DNA from: Adineta vaga
Lineage: Eukaryota > Animalia > Rotifera
Assembly: GCA_021613535.1 (NCBI GenBank)
Contig: CP075495.1
Location: forward strand, 9,362,001-9,426,000
Direction: 5' to 3'
DNA: 64,000 nt
Shown: positions 28,890 to 42,409 of the stretch, piece after piece
Position numbering within the stretch: the stretch's first letter is position 1
Layout: each line of letters starts with the position of its first letter
Notes under the pieces: model-generated
Seen by the model: the letters and a program-made list of their open reading frames with translations, nothing else
Databases searched by the model: none
What the model was told of the DNA's origin: nothing
Translations under genes and position numbers: made by a program

Positions 28890-30220
28890 CTAATTAAACG
28901 AAAAAGTCATTAACATGCTATAGACAAGATTAGAAAAGGGTTGCCGTTCTACAAGAATTCGATCGACACTGACACCAAAGTTTTGATGTTCGATTATTTG
29001 ACCAATTAAATTTATTAGTAATTTTTGCCCTTGAAATTCTCCATAACGATAGACTAAATATGACCATAACATATGAATATATTGTTCTTGTGCTTGGTTG
29101 ATATGATAAATTGTTTTTTCTGATGGTTGATAATAAAAATCTGAATTATAATTTGTTACTAAACATGGTGTGAGAAAAAGAATAATTTGAATAATTTTAT
29201 TGATGGCTGGATCGAACCCGATAATATGATTTAATTTTCGAATAAGATTTTCTGCACGATTTAAAGTTTCTTGCCCATAAACATATACATAGGCAGCATG
29301 ACACGCCCGTTTGGAATCAAAATGTACTAGATTATCATTTGAATTCATTAAATCCATTGAAGAAAATAAGAGAAGATAATGTAAATTTGTACGAACTAAC
29401 CATGCACGATCATTACTATTCATATCCATTGAAAATGATGGGATCGTTGCACGAAAAAATGTACTAAAGATGACAGACGAAGTGTTAAAACATTCATAAA
29501 TGTATGTTCTTTTAATCGACATTTAATCGGTTGACTAATTAAATATTCTTCTCGTTGTTCTTCAGCTTGCAAAAGTGGTTGTAAACAAAATTGATTATAT
29601 GCATTACGAATATTTGTTATTTGAAGCCAATCATTCGATGATAATGGTGATGAAGATTGTTCGACAGAGATCAGATTTAATGCAGATAACTAGAAAAGGA
29701 AAAAAATATCATGTTTGATGCATCTATGAAACAAATAATAGTTTCTTTTCAACTTACGTCATGTAATACTCGACGATTATGTTTTTCACCTGATGTTGAT
29801 AATGGTTCAATGAGAAGTTTTTCTTGTCGTTGCAAACGATTTGCTTTAACAAGTTGTAAGCGAGCCGCACGTTCTTCATCAGTACGTATTAAATCCTTTT
29901 GCATACCAACAGCAAAACATTTTGTCAAACGGCATGTTGGACACTGTCGACGTGTTCGTTCATTAACTGGACAATGACCGCCAAAACGACAAGGTGGTAA
30001 AGCCTATTATGAATAAGAACAAAAATAATCTCTTAGAAAAATTCTAGTTCTATTTTTTTTCCTATAAAAAACTTACGGAGCCAGTTCGACCGTTTCGTCG
30101 GAAAAAAGCTTTGCATGTTGAACAAGTAATCACACCAAAATTTCGACCTGTATTCTTCTCAAATCCACAGACGCGACATGGATCGCCAGGTGATACACGA
30201 TGAGATACTTGAGAATGCAT
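28890..30220 (-). CDS. Nuclear receptor (HR96/NR1J-like), P-box CSTCKA; apparent 1-nt frameshift at ~29455
   Basis: [42 protein letters not shown], and an LBD exon beginning [16 protein letters not shown]. Confidence 0.88.
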
Positions 30221-30336
30221 CTAATGAATAATAAAAAAAGTAGAATAAAGTTAGAAATACAATTCATTTTCTTATCAATATGAATAAACTATGGAATATA
30301 TTCCTATTATCGAAAGGTTTTCAGACTAGAAGAAAT

Positions 30337-30351
30337 AGGTCAGGATGACCT
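30337..30351. promoter_or_regulatory. Perfect AGGTCA-n3-TGACCT palindrome (IR3 nuclear-receptor response element consensus)
   Basis: ATAGGTCAggaTGACCTAT at 30335-30353, about 120 nt 5' of the NR start codon. Confidence 0.5.
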
Positions 30352-33300
30352 ATAGACTGAAATATACTGTGGAAAAAGAACCTTTTAGTTCTTCATTGTA
30401 CTTGAATATTAGTATGAGATAGATTCCATGTTGACAGTTTGAATAGCAAGAACGAAAGGAAGATAGAAGAATGCAATTCTATACTGAATTATACGAGATT
30501 ACATATAGTAATGTCATTGAGTGCATTCAGTCATTGTACTAACTAATGAATCTATTGTCTCATATACCAAATCTCAGAACTCAAATCCGGACGTTAAAAA
30601 AATCACAATCTCAGCCTTAACCTATAAGGGGTATGGATTTCAATCTATTCACCGAGTTCTATTCAAATATTATTGTTATTCATAGTGCAAAAAAAAGACT
30701 TTTTTCATTATACACGATTAATATAGATTTGTCGTACCTTTTTTGATATGTGATTCATTAACATTGAATTTGCATGATAATTTTCATTTTTTCCATATCG
30801 ATGATATGTATCATCCTGATTAAATGTATCCATAATATCCATGATTTATTCTTCACCGGGATGTATTCTAATAGCTTTGCTTTATTCTTGTTATATAAAG
30901 CGTATATATGTATGTATGTATGAAGGTAATCGTTTGTGTGCTTGTGCTTGCACTTGAGTAATAGTTGCTTTGCGTTCTATTTTCTTTCTCTTTCGTCTAT
31001 AATAACAAGATGAATCGAGAAGGGAATGAGAGGAAAAAAAAGACTTGAAGCCTTCTTTTTTTTTCTATACACCCTACTGCGTTCTTTTTTTCACTGTCAA
31101 TAAGTACATTTTGCTCGACGAAGGACATCTGTGTCTTACTTTTTGAGAAAAAATTGATCATATAGATGTGTTTAATTGATCCAAAATGATCATTTATACG
31201 TGAAACTAACGAGAATAAACAAAGATAACTCATATTTACGATGATCGATCTTTTTTCAATGCCAAGTACTATCATATCTATGTCAAGGAATTTTTACGAA
31301 ATATAGATCAATTCATATATATTTTAGAAAGATCAAGAGAAAATGAATTTTAGCTACGTTTTCTTCTCTACTTCTCATAATACACTTAATAAGTTATTAA
31401 ACTAATCATAGAAAAAATACGCATTATGACAATGCAGTGCTTAAGCCTCGTGACCGTACACGTGATTGAAATAAAAGTAATTATGGCCAACAACTAGTGT
31501 TTTGTTACTTATTTTTCTATTTCTAGTATAGAAAAAGTGTCGTCTCTTCACATGATTAGTATATATGTCGTGAAATATTTACGTGTCAATTGAGTAACCT
31601 GATAATTACTCATGTTTTTCTCTCTGATTTTTAGTTCAAAATTAGCATAGTTATTCGAATATGTTACATTTGGTTGAATACTTCAACAAATTTTCTACGC
31701 AAGTTTCCAATGTGATTCTTATCATCTACGTATTTAATGACATAGATATTAACAGTGATTTTATAGATTGCGAAAAAGAAAAGGCACAGAATAAATAAAA
31801 ACTATTTTCTAACTTACGAAAGTAATCGATTGACTTTTCTTTTTTTTTAAAATTCATTTCGAAGGACGAATTATGCACCGAATTTATTCTACGAGATTCG
31901 AATAATAAAAATGATATCATGGTATATATATGCGAAAAAAAAATCTTTGTATAAGTGCCTCTTCTCAAGACTTATACGCTAACTGTGCGATCTCAGCTGT
32001 ACAAGTATAGATACAAAAATGCACTTGGTGCCACTAACCTAGCTGTATGTCGTTGTTATATCGATTATTTTTGCTTCCAAGTACGTTATTTTTCTGCGCA
32101 AAGTACTACAAGCACTTACGTCCTTCGCTCTTTTTCTGTTTGTTCTCTTATCAACAAGCAGTAATGTTCTCTATGGCGCGTAGCGACAAGCGAAACGCGC
32201 AGAACAAAAAAAGAAAAAAACGACGCAAAAAATACAGAAGATTCTTTTTTCCATAGAGAAAAAGACGGAAGAACGGAAAAAATATTCCTTGCTTTCGGGT
32301 CGTCGTAGTCTCTGCCGACAGCATTGAAAAGAGAATGATGCTAAATATATCGATAGAAGTAAACGAAGATGTACCGAGAGTATAACACAATGTCAATAAA
32401 ACGTATACTCAAAAATCGGATTTCTTCGATGGTTTCAAATTCATGAATATGTTCCTTAATAAAAAAGTAGAGGCAATAAAGACAAATTTTCTATCAATAG
32501 TTTTTCAATTCTACATTGTACCGATAAACAATCAAGCGAAATTTCTTAATTTGACTGCATCGGTCCCGTGTCATCGACACGTGATAAGATGTTTATGCAT
32601 ATATTGAGAGTAAATCTTTTTTGAGCTTTACTGTAAGCGAGAATACCAGAAGAAAATGGCAAAAGATAATGATGTAGTTCATTTCGAAAATGCTTCGTCA
32701 TACTGACAACAAAGTCTATGACATGATTTAAATTACAGGACAAGTTATTTTTTGTGCTAGCTGATGTCTGCTATATAGTACTTATTCAGATTAAAGAACA
32801 ATCACATTTAAATGACAAAAACTTTCTTTCAAATAAAATATTCGAATGTACATGACTTCTTCATTTCTTATGAATATTTATCTATTTTTACGTTAATTAC
32901 ATGCTTTGATGGTAATATTAGAAAATCTTCAACATAGCTTTATTTCACATAATTCTTTTTTCCATTTTTTTTACGAAAGATCATCTAGAATGAAATTATT
33001 CATCTAATTAATGAGTAACAACCATGATTATTCTATATAACAAAGTCTTTTCTTTTGTATAAGGACTGTATAAATCGAGAAAAGATTTCTTATTATGGCA
33101 TAACAATTACATATATATATATTTATTACCTACGATTATTTCATGACATATGAAATTAACAAATATCGACAATTGTTTTTTTTTATATTCAAAAACAAGA
33201 TTGAAATACCATTGTTGTAGGATATTCCATTTCTCTGCTGATAAAATTCTAATTTAGATTTCATTAAAACTATAATAACAGCTCGAATGTTTGTTAGCAT

Positions 33301-34397
33301 GATTACTAATATTCTGTACTTTTTCATAGCACATGTCGTTGCCACATGACAAACATTCTTTGCAAGATATTCTTATTTTTAGAAAGTCACATATATCTCT
33401 TATTTATAGATCTGGTTACAGTATTCTTTTCTGTACTATTCAATTTCAATTGAACTATGAGGATAATGCCAATAATCTTAGTAGAATGATAGAATTTATG
33501 GTTAATATCATATTTTCTATTGTGATGAATAATTAATAACATAAAGAATCTAACAAAACAAGTTTATCGACTAGTCCATAACTAGTTAGATAAAAGATTT
33601 TCAGTGAGTAATCACACGAAATCGACCCTTCAGCGAGATGGCATGATCGATATCGCCTGAATTTTTCGAGTAAGTTACTTAAGCATGCATGCATGCATCT
33701 AATCTACGTCTCTCTCTCTCATCAATACTCTGGTTATTGCTCGTCCAAATCTTTACATCCGACAATGGATCAGTTCCATAAAAACGAACTAAATCAATGT
33801 TATTATGATCGTCTTCAAAATTTTCTGATTATCGTCATTTGCTTGTCATGAACGCCATTGATAATCGAATTTTCAAGTCTATGTTCCTACGATCACATTA
33901 TTAATTTTTCTCTGTAACTCAATGAAGTATCATCCCACACGCTCAAGATCCTAAAAGTCATTTTAGAACCCACTGGGCTGGTTAACTTGCAGATGAATGC
34001 AGATTTAGATAGATCATTAAAAACACTAATATTAAATAACATTCGCTTTCTTATTTTGTCACAATAATCTATAGTTAATTGACAAGAAGATCATTTTTTA
34101 AATTAGAATAAAAATTCTACATCATAAAAATATGATATAAAATACCTTATAGTTATAAATAATGTTGAACTTCATCAGACATTTGTCTTTTAGTGACACT
34201 GAACTAGTCAAATTTATTTCTTTTTTTTAATAATATCATACAAATGAATACAGAAAATAAACTTTTGAATGCTTTTTTTTAGTTTACGAAAGAATCTTAC
34301 AATCGAAACAAACCTTCGAGATAACTAGTTCGTGTATCTATTTTTAACTTATGTTCTTTAAGTGCAGTTGACGGTAGACTCAGATATTCTATGCTTG

Positions 34398-35471
34398 TTA
34401 TTGATGATACGAACACACGTCAAGTTCAATAGTTCTTTTTTTCTTTTTATAGTTTTTTAATGACGTAATAGAACGATGTTGATACCGCAGTCGACAATAA
34501 ATCATTTGTCTTACATCTTGACGAAATTCGGATGAAAATATCCATCTCATATAAAATTTACTCATATAGGTAGTTGCTTCCCACATGATAAATAAAGCAT
34601 TTAAAAATTTCCATTTTTCTGCTTGATGTCCAATATCAGATCGACAATGATAACGTTGATAATTAATTTGATAATCATTCATTTTCGAATTGAATAATTG
34701 TAAAATTGTTATTGGTATAACAGCAAAAAATGTCGAAATACTTAAGAAAACAAGTACTAATGAATATGTTTGTTGTTTCCGATGAATTGAATGTAAAGGA
34801 TTTCTACTTGGATGATGTTTTTGTTGACAACGATTCCAACAGATATACAAAGCACATAATATAATAATCAAACATGGAATTAATCGACAAAATAAATGAA
34901 CATATGGCCAAATCGAATAGAACCATAGACGTGCATGTTCATTCACTTGACATGATTGACCAAAGATAATAAAAGCTTTTTGATCATATTTCAATGAATA
35001 ACGATAATGTATAAGAAATAAAACTGATGTTGTATATGTCAAAAATATTTTTATTAAAACACGTTCATTTGTTATTTTCGAATGTGTTCGTTGAGGATAT
35101 GTTATCATATGTATACGATCGATGTTTAATAGAACAAGTAAAATAAGAGATATAAATGCTGTACTACCAACAAATGGATAAAAATAAGCACAATTTAAGA
35201 TCTTTCGTGGATCAGGTGCAAGTTTAACGGCATCGAGCCAATCCCAGAACATGAACGATAGATAGATTGATTCAGCAATTGACATAAATATAAAATATAA
35301 ACAAGTAGGATGAAAACGTTGTCGATCAGAATAAAATATTGTTAAAATCATTAAAATATGTCCAGGTATACCAAGAATAGGAAATAAAAATGCACCGATT
35401 TGCCAAACAAATACATCGATTCTAAAATTATTCATTAAACACGATGATGTCGTGCCATTACTAGTCATCAT
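34398..35471 (-). CDS. Class A (rhodopsin-like) GPCR, single exon
   Basis: 357 aa with seven hydrophobic segments; GIPGH in TM1, NIDR at the TM3 end, LIP in TM5, VIP in TM6, and helix-8-like SSEFRQDV. Confidence 0.85.
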   Translation of the reverse strand: MMTSNGTTSSCLMNNFRIDVFVWQIGAFLFPILGIPGHILMILTIFYSDRQRFHPTCLYFIFMSIAESIYLSFMFWDWLDAVKLAPDPRKILNCAYFYPFVGSTAFISLILLVLLNIDRIHMITYPQRTHSKITNERVLIKIFLTYTTSVLFLIHYRYSLKYDQKAFIIFGQSCQVNEHARLWFYSIWPYVHLFCRLIPCLIIILCALYICWNRCQQKHHPSRNPLHSIHRKQQTYSLVLVFLSISTFFAVIPITILQLFNSKMNDYQINYQRYHCRSDIGHQAEKWKFLNALFIMWEATTYMSKFYMRWIFSSEFRQDVRQMIYCRLRYQHRSITSLKNYKKKKRTIELDVCSYHQ

Positions 35472-36643
35472 TTTGATTTTATGTATGATAAAAAAAATAC
35501 AGATAGATACTTTATATTAATCAATATTAAAGGTTTATATGTCGTAGATAAAACATGAATAACTAAAAGGATTTATGTAAATTTTCTATGGTAATGTATA
35601 CAAATGCTTGGAATACATTGTCCAATTCAATATTATTTGTTTAGAAATTTGTTAAACTCATTTCTATTCTTAATCAATATATATATTTTAATGTATAGAT
35701 GATTTTTCTTTTTCTTACTCTATAAAGGATATTATTTCTTTGTTATCTGATCTAATAAACAACATTTTAACAGCCATTATTTATTAACCTAGAATTTCAA
35801 GGATTTATCAAGAAGAATATGATCCATTTCTTAAAACATCTTTCAATCTATAAATCAATAACTTTCCGGATAATTATGTCTGATCGTATGCTGAAGACTA
35901 CAGAATAGTTCGTAAGATTGACATTAAGCTGATAGAACATTAGAACAACGTTGAAATGAACTTTTAAAACAAATAATCTTTTACCCTCAAGAGACAACTT
36001 CTTGTATTGTATAAATGTTAAAATGCTATCATTTCATTTGAATTTGTTTTCCTTAGAGAAACCTTGTAAAGAAATGATTTAACTTTTAACAATATTTATA
36101 CAATTCAAGACATAATTTCGTTTATAATATCAAGAAAAAAAACGAAATAAAACTGAGATAATATATATCTATATATATGTTTTATCGATTGTCAATAGTA
36201 ATGATATGATTGTAAAGATTAAGATTAATATTTTCAATAATTACAATTTGTAAATGTAATTTCTTGATTAGTTGAAGCTTTAAAAAATAAATGTTTATTT
36301 AACTTTTCTTCCATTTTTTTTCTCTCGTTACCGACATCATATACATATCTCCGCGTTGAATTGTGATGTTTCTCTTCTATTGACAAGACGTTCGCTACCA
36401 TAGAGAGTTCTTATTTGATGTTTATTTAGTATGTTCGTTCTTGCTGGCTTTAAAGTAGTTGATTGAAATATCCTCTCATTTTTTTTCTTCTTCTTCTTCG
36501 TCTTCTTTCTTTCTTCTTTTTACCTCATCGCGTTTTGATTTCACTTCAAGCAAATTTTTTTCCTCTTCTTCTTTCTTACTTGAAGAGATGACTTGTGGTT
36601 TGAATCTCATTTAAACATTCATCGAGGAAGAAAAAGACAAATT

Positions 36644-39028
36644 ATGAATGAGAATGATGAATATTCACATGTTCAACGACGTCTTTGTGCAGTTATAGCA
36701 AAATCAGAATGGACATCCTCGCGTATGCGTATGCAAAAAAGTGGCGAAGAATTACGAGAACGTCGAGCGAAATCACATCGAACAGCGAATCAATTTCTTC
36801 AAGAACTTCTTGAAAAACGTACTGATAGTGATTTAGTCGACGATAATGGTGCGGTAGATCGTTATCATAATTTTGTTAAATTTAAATCTGCTTTTCATGA
36901 TGATACAAATACCACATTAGATGAATTTCATCGACGCTTACACGATTTAAATAATAATAACAATCATCATCGACAAAATCCAGCAATTTTTCATTCAAAA
37001 CAAGCACAATTTTCATATGATTTACGATCGACAATTGAAATTGAAACTCAAAATGATGAAAACGACAATGATGATGAACGAGTATGTCAATATCATAAAA
37101 ATCTTATCAATTCGTTTAATTTTCATAAAACTGAATAGTTAGTAGCCGATAAATTCGTTGTTAGAGAACGATGAAATGATTACTTCAGTTATGAAATATC
37201 CTCATTGAGATTATTCTTCAAGTGGAATTCAACTAAAAGGTTTCTGTATACTAAATGAAATTCTTTTTAACAAAAAGCAATCAATTTAAAATCAACCTTG
37301 ATTTGAATTCTTAAACATGTACGCTAGAAGAATTGGAGAACTCATTCGTAATTAATTCTGTTTTCTTTCTCAAATAAATAAAGAATTACTCATAAGATTT
37401 GATAGGTAAAAGTCTAGTTTTATATTAACATAGAAAAATCAAAGTTAGATTTGAGAATTGTAAAACTTTCATGTGAAAAGGCGAACAAATGAATTACAAG
37501 ATTTTACATTAGTAAATTGATAAATGAACGGAGAACGATGTATCGATCGAATTGATATGAGTATATACTTGAAAGTATTCAAAATGTTGAAGTATTATTT
37601 TTACTATTTGAGATATACATATCGATCGTTTAAAGAAAATATTTATGTTCATTGAATAGTTCGAAGTATACACTCATATAAAGTTAATATAAACAGAATG
37701 TATTTAAATGCTTAGAAAAACTTGAATTTGTCTGTCTGTCATTCTCCATAGAGAAATTATATCGATATGAAATCGAAAAAATAATAATACGTTCGTTCGT
37801 TCGTTTAAATTTGTTCTAGTCAAAACGATCTCGAATACTGCCATCGATTTCTATCAAACCGACTACGTCAACTCCGAATGATACAACAAATGAATTAACA
37901 TCATCCACCTTTCATGTCGATGAAATTCATGAATTATCCGATGTTCAGTCACCGAATACATCATTTATTAATAATTCAACTAATCCTCTCGAATCATCCT
38001 TTCATGACAATCATCATTCATCACTATTAGAAAAGTTTGAAACATTGAATTCTTCGACATCATCAACAACTCATTTACAAACGCAAACTTTACATGTACC
38101 GAAAGCACGTCGAGCAGATGGTACTGAAATTGTTCTTTCACCTCCATCATTATCATCCTCATCGTTATTATTATCATCATCGAAAAGTCCATTACCATTA
38201 ATATCATCAAATATTTCATTATTTAACCATTCTTATCTTCCACGTTCATTAACATCACGTGGAAAATTAAATACAAATTCGATATCCAAACGTCAATTAC
38301 CTACGCTTCCAATTGATTCATCACCGGAACAAAAAGTTATTGTACACGAACAAATTCATCCCGATCAATTATATGATTTACTTGATAATTTAAATCATGA
38401 ATCTTCTTCAGATACATTTACAAATAAACTTGAACAAATCAATGTATCAACATTTATATCAATCAATCAAGAAACTTTAAGCAATCATTCCTCGACAGAT
38501 ACTCTTTCTATTGTTAATAAGAATGAAGAAAATATTCTTCCGAATTTGTTTCATCATACTCTATCATCATCTCAAGAAAAACATTTCTATACAATATTAA
38601 AAATCAACATAGAAGACCCGAACAATCTCTTTCTCTATACAATGACATTAAGTACAGTGCAATTAGGCACATCTATATTACTTCCATATTCGATACTAAA
38701 TGGTCGACGACCTTTATTAAAATGTTCGAATCTAACATGTTTTAAACAGATTCAATCAAAACAACCAAAGAGTACATATCAAGTGACAGCAATTGAAAGA
38801 TCGTTAAATTCAATAGAATTGCAATCGAATGATATTATATTAAAAGTAAGTTAACAATACATTTATTCATAAATACTAAGAATTGTTCGTTTATTCTCAT
38901 TATAGATTAATGAACAATCTGTCTGGGGTTTAACTACCGATGAAATTAATGAACTTTTAAAACAATATCATCAACAAATGAATTCTTGTTCATTGACCAT
39001 AGCGCGACTTTGCCAACCATCTATTTAA
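36644..39028 (+). CDS. PDZ-domain protein with a long low-complexity N-terminus; exon structure partly uncertain
   Basis: Spliced C-terminus LQSNDIILK|INEQSVWGLTTDEINELLKQ..LTIAR matches the PDZ C-terminal half. A phase-0 donor at 37082 and acceptor at ~37819 join the two large ORFs. Confidence 0.6.
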
Positions 39029-39414
39029 TTTTCATTATTTTAAAAATAAAAAACTATCGACCAGAATGTAATAACTGATTTTCTTCTTTTTGAATAATAG
39101 ATAAAAAGTGTCAGTTGGTATTCATACGTCAGAAAATGATGTAATATTCAGTCTTATATAATTCGTTTTCTTTTTATTACAACACAGTTAAGAAATATGA
39201 GAATGCATTTTTTAACGTCTTTCCTTTGATTCTGTTACAGAAGTTTCAATGATCGGAACTGCTATTCGACTGAAACGAACTTTTGGATGACGATGATGCG
39301 TTTTAAAATATAGATAAAAATCTATCAATCACTTTATTTATTGGAAAGACATCAGAGTCAAATCAGATAGGAAGACAAAATTACTGATATCATGAAAGAC
39401 ACATTTTCATGTTT

Positions 39415-42072
39415 TTAAAGTTTTGATTTCGTATTTTGTTTAATCGATGTCCAAACTGGATGTACCTATATAAGAAGATGAATATTAATTATTCTCTCAT
39501 GTTTTCATCCTTCTCTTTTTTCTACCTTATAACGATTCGTCGGATTAAGTCGAGCTCGTTCCATTAACGCTTCATAAGCTTGACCATCGTATTGACCAAG
39601 ACATGAATCTAGTTATTTGATATTTCAATAAAATTCAAAAAAAGAACATTTCAATCTTGTAAAATAACTTACTAAGTTCATTATCATGAAAATCAAATGC
39701 ATCAACAAGTGCAATAAGATTCGGTCGAAGTCGAGCATACATATCTGGTAAACTGTTTATTTCTAATTGATAGACTTGATCAGGCGTAAGTAGTTTTAAC
39801 TAAAAACAAATGATAAAGAATCAAAACACATGGAATTTAATAAATCTATAAAGGTTACTCGAATAAAATCGGCTGCAGCATTACGTAAAGTATGAATGGC
39901 AAAAACATGAAAAAGTTGTTCAAAAACTGATGCAAATTGTTTATGTTCCGATGCTTTTCGTACACCATCGTAGAAGGCTCGTAAAACAAAAGTTTCAATA
40001 TACGCCTAATTGATCAAAATATACTAGAAAATGTTTAGTCATTCGTACATACTTTAGCGACATGAACAAGTTCGATGGAATTTTTAGAAAATATACTATG
40101 GGGTGTTGATGATGATGCTGATGCTGATTCAGTCAATCGACTCGATATTGATTTCAATAACCTAGATTTTCGTCATTTAAAAAAGTGATATTGCGACATA
40201 TGAACAAAACTTACATTTGTGATCGACATTCAAATAAACGACAATAATCATCAAGATTAACAATTGTCGCTGGTGCTGCTTTTGTTGAATACAGAAAAGC
40301 AATCGATGATTCCATATTAATTTCCATATTATCATCTAATTGTTGCATTGCTTTTAGTAGAAATCTACTCATTTAAATATTTTTCTCATATATGAATGCT
40401 AATTGTTCTCATGCGTTTTTTTCTTACCTAGCCGTTTGTTGGTATAAAACAGCATTATCACCTTCGTAACTACATGCAGCATCCAACATATTATTGATAC
40501 CTTTAATCCCACTAGCAACTAGAAATCCATGACCACCACAAGCTACACGACAGATTTGAGAAAATCGTTCACCAATTGTAGATGTATATGCTTTTAAACC
40601 CGACGAGACGGCATGCAACTGAAGCAAATAAAATGCAAGATATTTTTGAATCGATCAAACAGAACAATCAAATGACAATTACTTCAGGTAATTGTTCAAA
40701 TAAGATTGTATCAGTTTCAAGAATTTGTATACGAAGATCTTCAAGTTTAATAAATGAATAAAAGAACGCATATGTTGTTGCAACACATGGAACTAATTTT
40801 TCTTGTTGTAGTGGATAATCCAAAATAAGTGTTTCTTTTCTTTAATAATCAAAGAAAATTCAAGATCAAATATAGAAAGGTATACAATTACCCATTTGGA
40901 TTTTGTCCTTGACGGCGAACAGCTGAATATCGCATAGCAATTGTTATAGCACGAGCAAGTAATATAGAAAAGAAAGCACAAAGATTAACACGTGTTGCAA
41001 GCATTGCTCCATAAAGTAAACGTGGATCACCCAATCGATGAAAAGTACCTTGTTCATCAACCTATAAATAAATGAATTCTTCTCTTTTCTTGTATTAGTT
41101 TTTGAATACATACATAAGCTAATTTCATTAGCATATGATTTCTTGGAATTCGAACATTGGTTAATCGAAGATATCCATTATCACCAACTTCATGTCCAAA
41201 TCGTGTGCCAATTTCACCAACTTCCACTCCTGAATGAAATCGATTATGTCATAACGACTATTTATCAATACATTTCTTCGGTCTCTTTTACCTGGTAATG
41301 GTTCATGTGTTTTTAAATCTCGAATTTGTACAAAAAACATTTGTAAACCACACGGATGACTTCGATCTGGTGTATACAATTGTGCCATTAATAAGACATA
41401 ATTTGTTGATCGACCTAATGCTCCAGGCCAAAATTTTGTAGCCGTTAACGTTGGTGTATTCATTAGAAATGTATCAGTTTTAGAATCGAAAACAGCTTCA
41501 GTTTCTAATCGCTGTAAATTTGATCCATGTCCCAATTCTGTTTGAGCATAAGTACCAATAATTTGAAATGATCGTGCTAATGGTAAGAATTTCTCTTGTT
41601 GTTCATCACTAGCCATCGTCTAATGTATGAAGAAACATACTAGTATGTAAACCAAATATAAATCGACCATTAGTAAAAACGCTTAAAAACCAACCAAGAA
41701 GTTTTCGATCAGTTATATTGAAACGTTCAGCTTCCTTGATAGCAACAAAACTTTTACGTATAAGTAAAGAATAATAATCATCAGCATCGAGATATTCCAA
41801 TGGTAAATGTGTATTATGAATTGGATGAGCATAAGCTAGACGAGCTATGTAGTAGATACAGGCAAATAATATTAACAAATATATACAAAGTTTTAGAATA
41901 ACTCACTAATCTGTCGTCGTCTGTTAACATTAAAATAACTATTGGAACCGCCAAACATAAATTGTGTAAGTTGTTCAACATCGAATGTTGCTGATTGACG
42001 TTCACGTAATAGATCAGGATTTTTCGTATCACTTATTTGATAATATGGACCTTGATCTTGACTTTCCACCAT
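39415..42072 (-). CDS. ACOX1: Peroxisomal acyl-CoA oxidase, multi-exon
   Basis: NPDLLRER, IIGTYAQTELGHGSNLQRLETEA, KFWPGALG, AIRYSAVRRQG, CGGHGF, CSYEGDNAVL (catalytic Glu), and C-terminal PTS1 SKL*. Confidence 0.93.
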
Positions 42073-42409
42073 TTTATTCTTTTTTATCTTACAAAAAAAA
42101 ACGATGATGTTTTTTTCTTAAGTTTCATACAACAGTTATCGTCCTTCTATTTTATCACTTTTCTTTTTCAAGATTATGAAAGACAATAAAAGACATGGCT
42201 ATTAAATTTTAGATACAGAGCAGCATAATTTAGAATATTATTTAAACAGTTACACATACATACACCAGTATAAACTAAACCATACGAACAGAAAACAAAC
42301 TCAGTATTAATCATTTGTATTATAATACATTAGGCGAAAAAAAACTCCTATAACACTATTTCAAATACAAATGTATAGGTTAGTTCGAAAGAGAATATTG
42401 TCAAACTTA

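Noticed and set aside
31726-32743. Overlapping short ORFs and a mildly GC-rich patch
   Set aside because: Lys/Phe-rich translations of A/T runs; no domain or element termini identified.
37139-37240. Possible extra exon in the PDZ gene
   Set aside because: The frames entered from the nearby acceptors contain stops, and the flanking exons join in phase without it.
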